From Chiloscyllium plagiosum (taxonomy: Eukaryota), in assembly GCF_004010195.1 (NCBI RefSeq), contig NC_057751.1, positions 8,298,404 to 8,362,403 of the forward strand: a stretch of DNA of 64,000 nucleotides, given 5' to 3'. Under the pieces are notes generated by a model. That model made no database searches. It was not told the origin of the DNA and saw nothing but the letters and a program-made list of their open reading frames with translations. The translations under genes were made by a program, and so were the position numbers. Position 1 is the first letter of the stretch, and every line of letters starts with the position of its first letter. Of this stretch, positions 62,558 through 64,000 are shown one piece after another.

Positions 62558-63186
62558 TGTAATGGTACTGCGTCTTTAACAGAGATTTGTTCTGTGCTGT
62601 ATCTCTTAGAGCGAGGTTTTCCATTGTGGTACCAGAACATCTGCTTCAGAAGCAGTCAGTAACTTTGAGATCCCTGAGTGTTTGGAGTGGAGTGCAGTCA
62701 GGCTCACACAGAGCCAGGGTATTAGTTATGCTTTCAGTTGCGATTTGGACTTGGCTGTTGAAGCTGATGGATACAGCTCTCTCTTTACTGCAGTAAAGAA
62801 GCTCTCTGCTGCTGGATTGTTTGTTACGGTGTTCCTTTCTTCTGGTCTGGAGCAGAGATAGCATGTGAGAAAGCTCTGTTTTGCTGAATTTGCCTTTACC
62901 AAGGGTGCGTCCAGTGGAATGTTGCTCTAATGGGGAACAGTCGATGAGTAGTAGTTAAATTAAGTTATTAATTATTTCAATAGAGTTTAAGTTATGCTAT
63001 TTCTTCTTTCTTCGTTTGTATTACTACTGTGTTCTAAGGATAAAGTACGCTTTGCTTAAAGTCTAGTGGTGGACCAATCAAATCACAAATGGAACACAGC
63101 ATCTTACATTTGACTTTAAGCTGAATTAAAAGGGGCTGGGTTATCTCCTTGATTTATTTTGAGGAGTGTTGGTTTGGTCCATAACA
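62558..63186 (+). mobile_element. Solo LTR
   Basis: TGTAATGG...GGTCCATAACA; shares TTTTGCTGAATTTGCCTTT.CCAA.GGTG with 13503-14100. Confidence 0.7.
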
Positions 63187-63651
63187 CTGCAGTGACTTGC
63201 TGTCATTGTCTAACACTGAAGCTTTGTACAGCAAATTCACCTGGAATTGTGCTTGATTTGTGGATTGGAATTCATCTTTACAGGAATATTTTAAACTGTA
63301 AGAGAGACCTGACTTAATTGAATTATTTCAGCATTCATTTCCATTCCCAAGTGAGCATTTCTTATACTCTTAAACCAATTATTAAAATACACTTGTGAAG
63401 AACATAACCAATTTTAGAGTGCTGTCATATTCAGCTTAACGTGCTGACTCGCAGCTAATTGAAATTGAGCATCTTCACAATATTTCACATCCACATGTCC
63501 CTGAGGAACATAGTTTGATTTATGATATTTTTTTGAAATGGTAACCAAGGAGTCCCACGGAGCATACTGTAAATCCTGCAGCAATGCTGAATGGATCAAA
63601 ACAGGATTTACTTTAAAATAAGAGCTGTTTCTGCTTCTGTAACCTTTTCAG

Positions 63652-63866
63652 TCTTGTCGTGCAATGTATTTCGGATGTTGCAGACTCAGGAAGTGAAGGT
63701 GACTTATCGCCACTTGCCGACCAGTGCTTCTCCAGTTTACACACTGCAGCCAAACAGAGAAACTCAGCCACTGCAGAAAGACTCTAGCGCCTCGATGCAA
63801 CGTTATGTAACATCAGAGGCAATGAGCAGCTTAATGTTTCTCCTGGTTGGAGTCGTCTTGGCTTGA
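63652..63866 (+). CDS. Candidate terminal exon ending in a hydrophobic tail (unidentified)
   Basis: Acceptor TTTCTGCTTCTGTAACCTTTTCAG|; open frame ..KDSSASMQRYVTSEAMSSLMFLLVGVVLA*; AATAAA about 40 nt after the stop. Confidence 0.2.
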
Positions 63867-64000
63867 ACAGAGGACATGGCAGGGAAATTGTACAGACTGA
63901 CTTCCAATAAAGTAGGACTTGCAACACCTTTGATGAGTAACCAAGTGTCGCAGACTGCTTGACTTCAGGCGAAGGACCTTGAAATTGTTGTCACTGTCAT

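Overview
Repeat-dense vertebrate genomic DNA (intronic or intergenic), most likely from a shark. This is inferred from the many HE1/V-type SINEs with (TCTAA)n tails and their CR1/HER1-type LINE partners. No intact protein-coding gene can be identified with confidence, only a few weak splice-flanked exon candidates; most listed ORFs are decayed retroelement frames or chance. The main system is a population of roughly 25-30 Penelope-like (PLE) derived short elements in at least four sequence families. Each carries a minimal type I hammerhead-ribozyme motif: CUGANGA + one extra nucleotide + a co-varying stem II + GAA + palindromic ACGU/AGCU + cleavage nucleotide. One family is physically attached to a GIY-YIG endonuclease ORF remnant. 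Many copies are head-to-head inverted dimers joined at the ribozyme and flanked by 13-15 bp target-site duplications (TSDs). One insertion carries a 740-bp copy of nearby genomic DNA inside its TSD. Also present: many CR1 fragments, at least three SINE families, three related solo LTRs, a Tx1-like 3' end and telomeric repeats at an insertion junction. Repeat boundaries are approximate unless TSDs are quoted.
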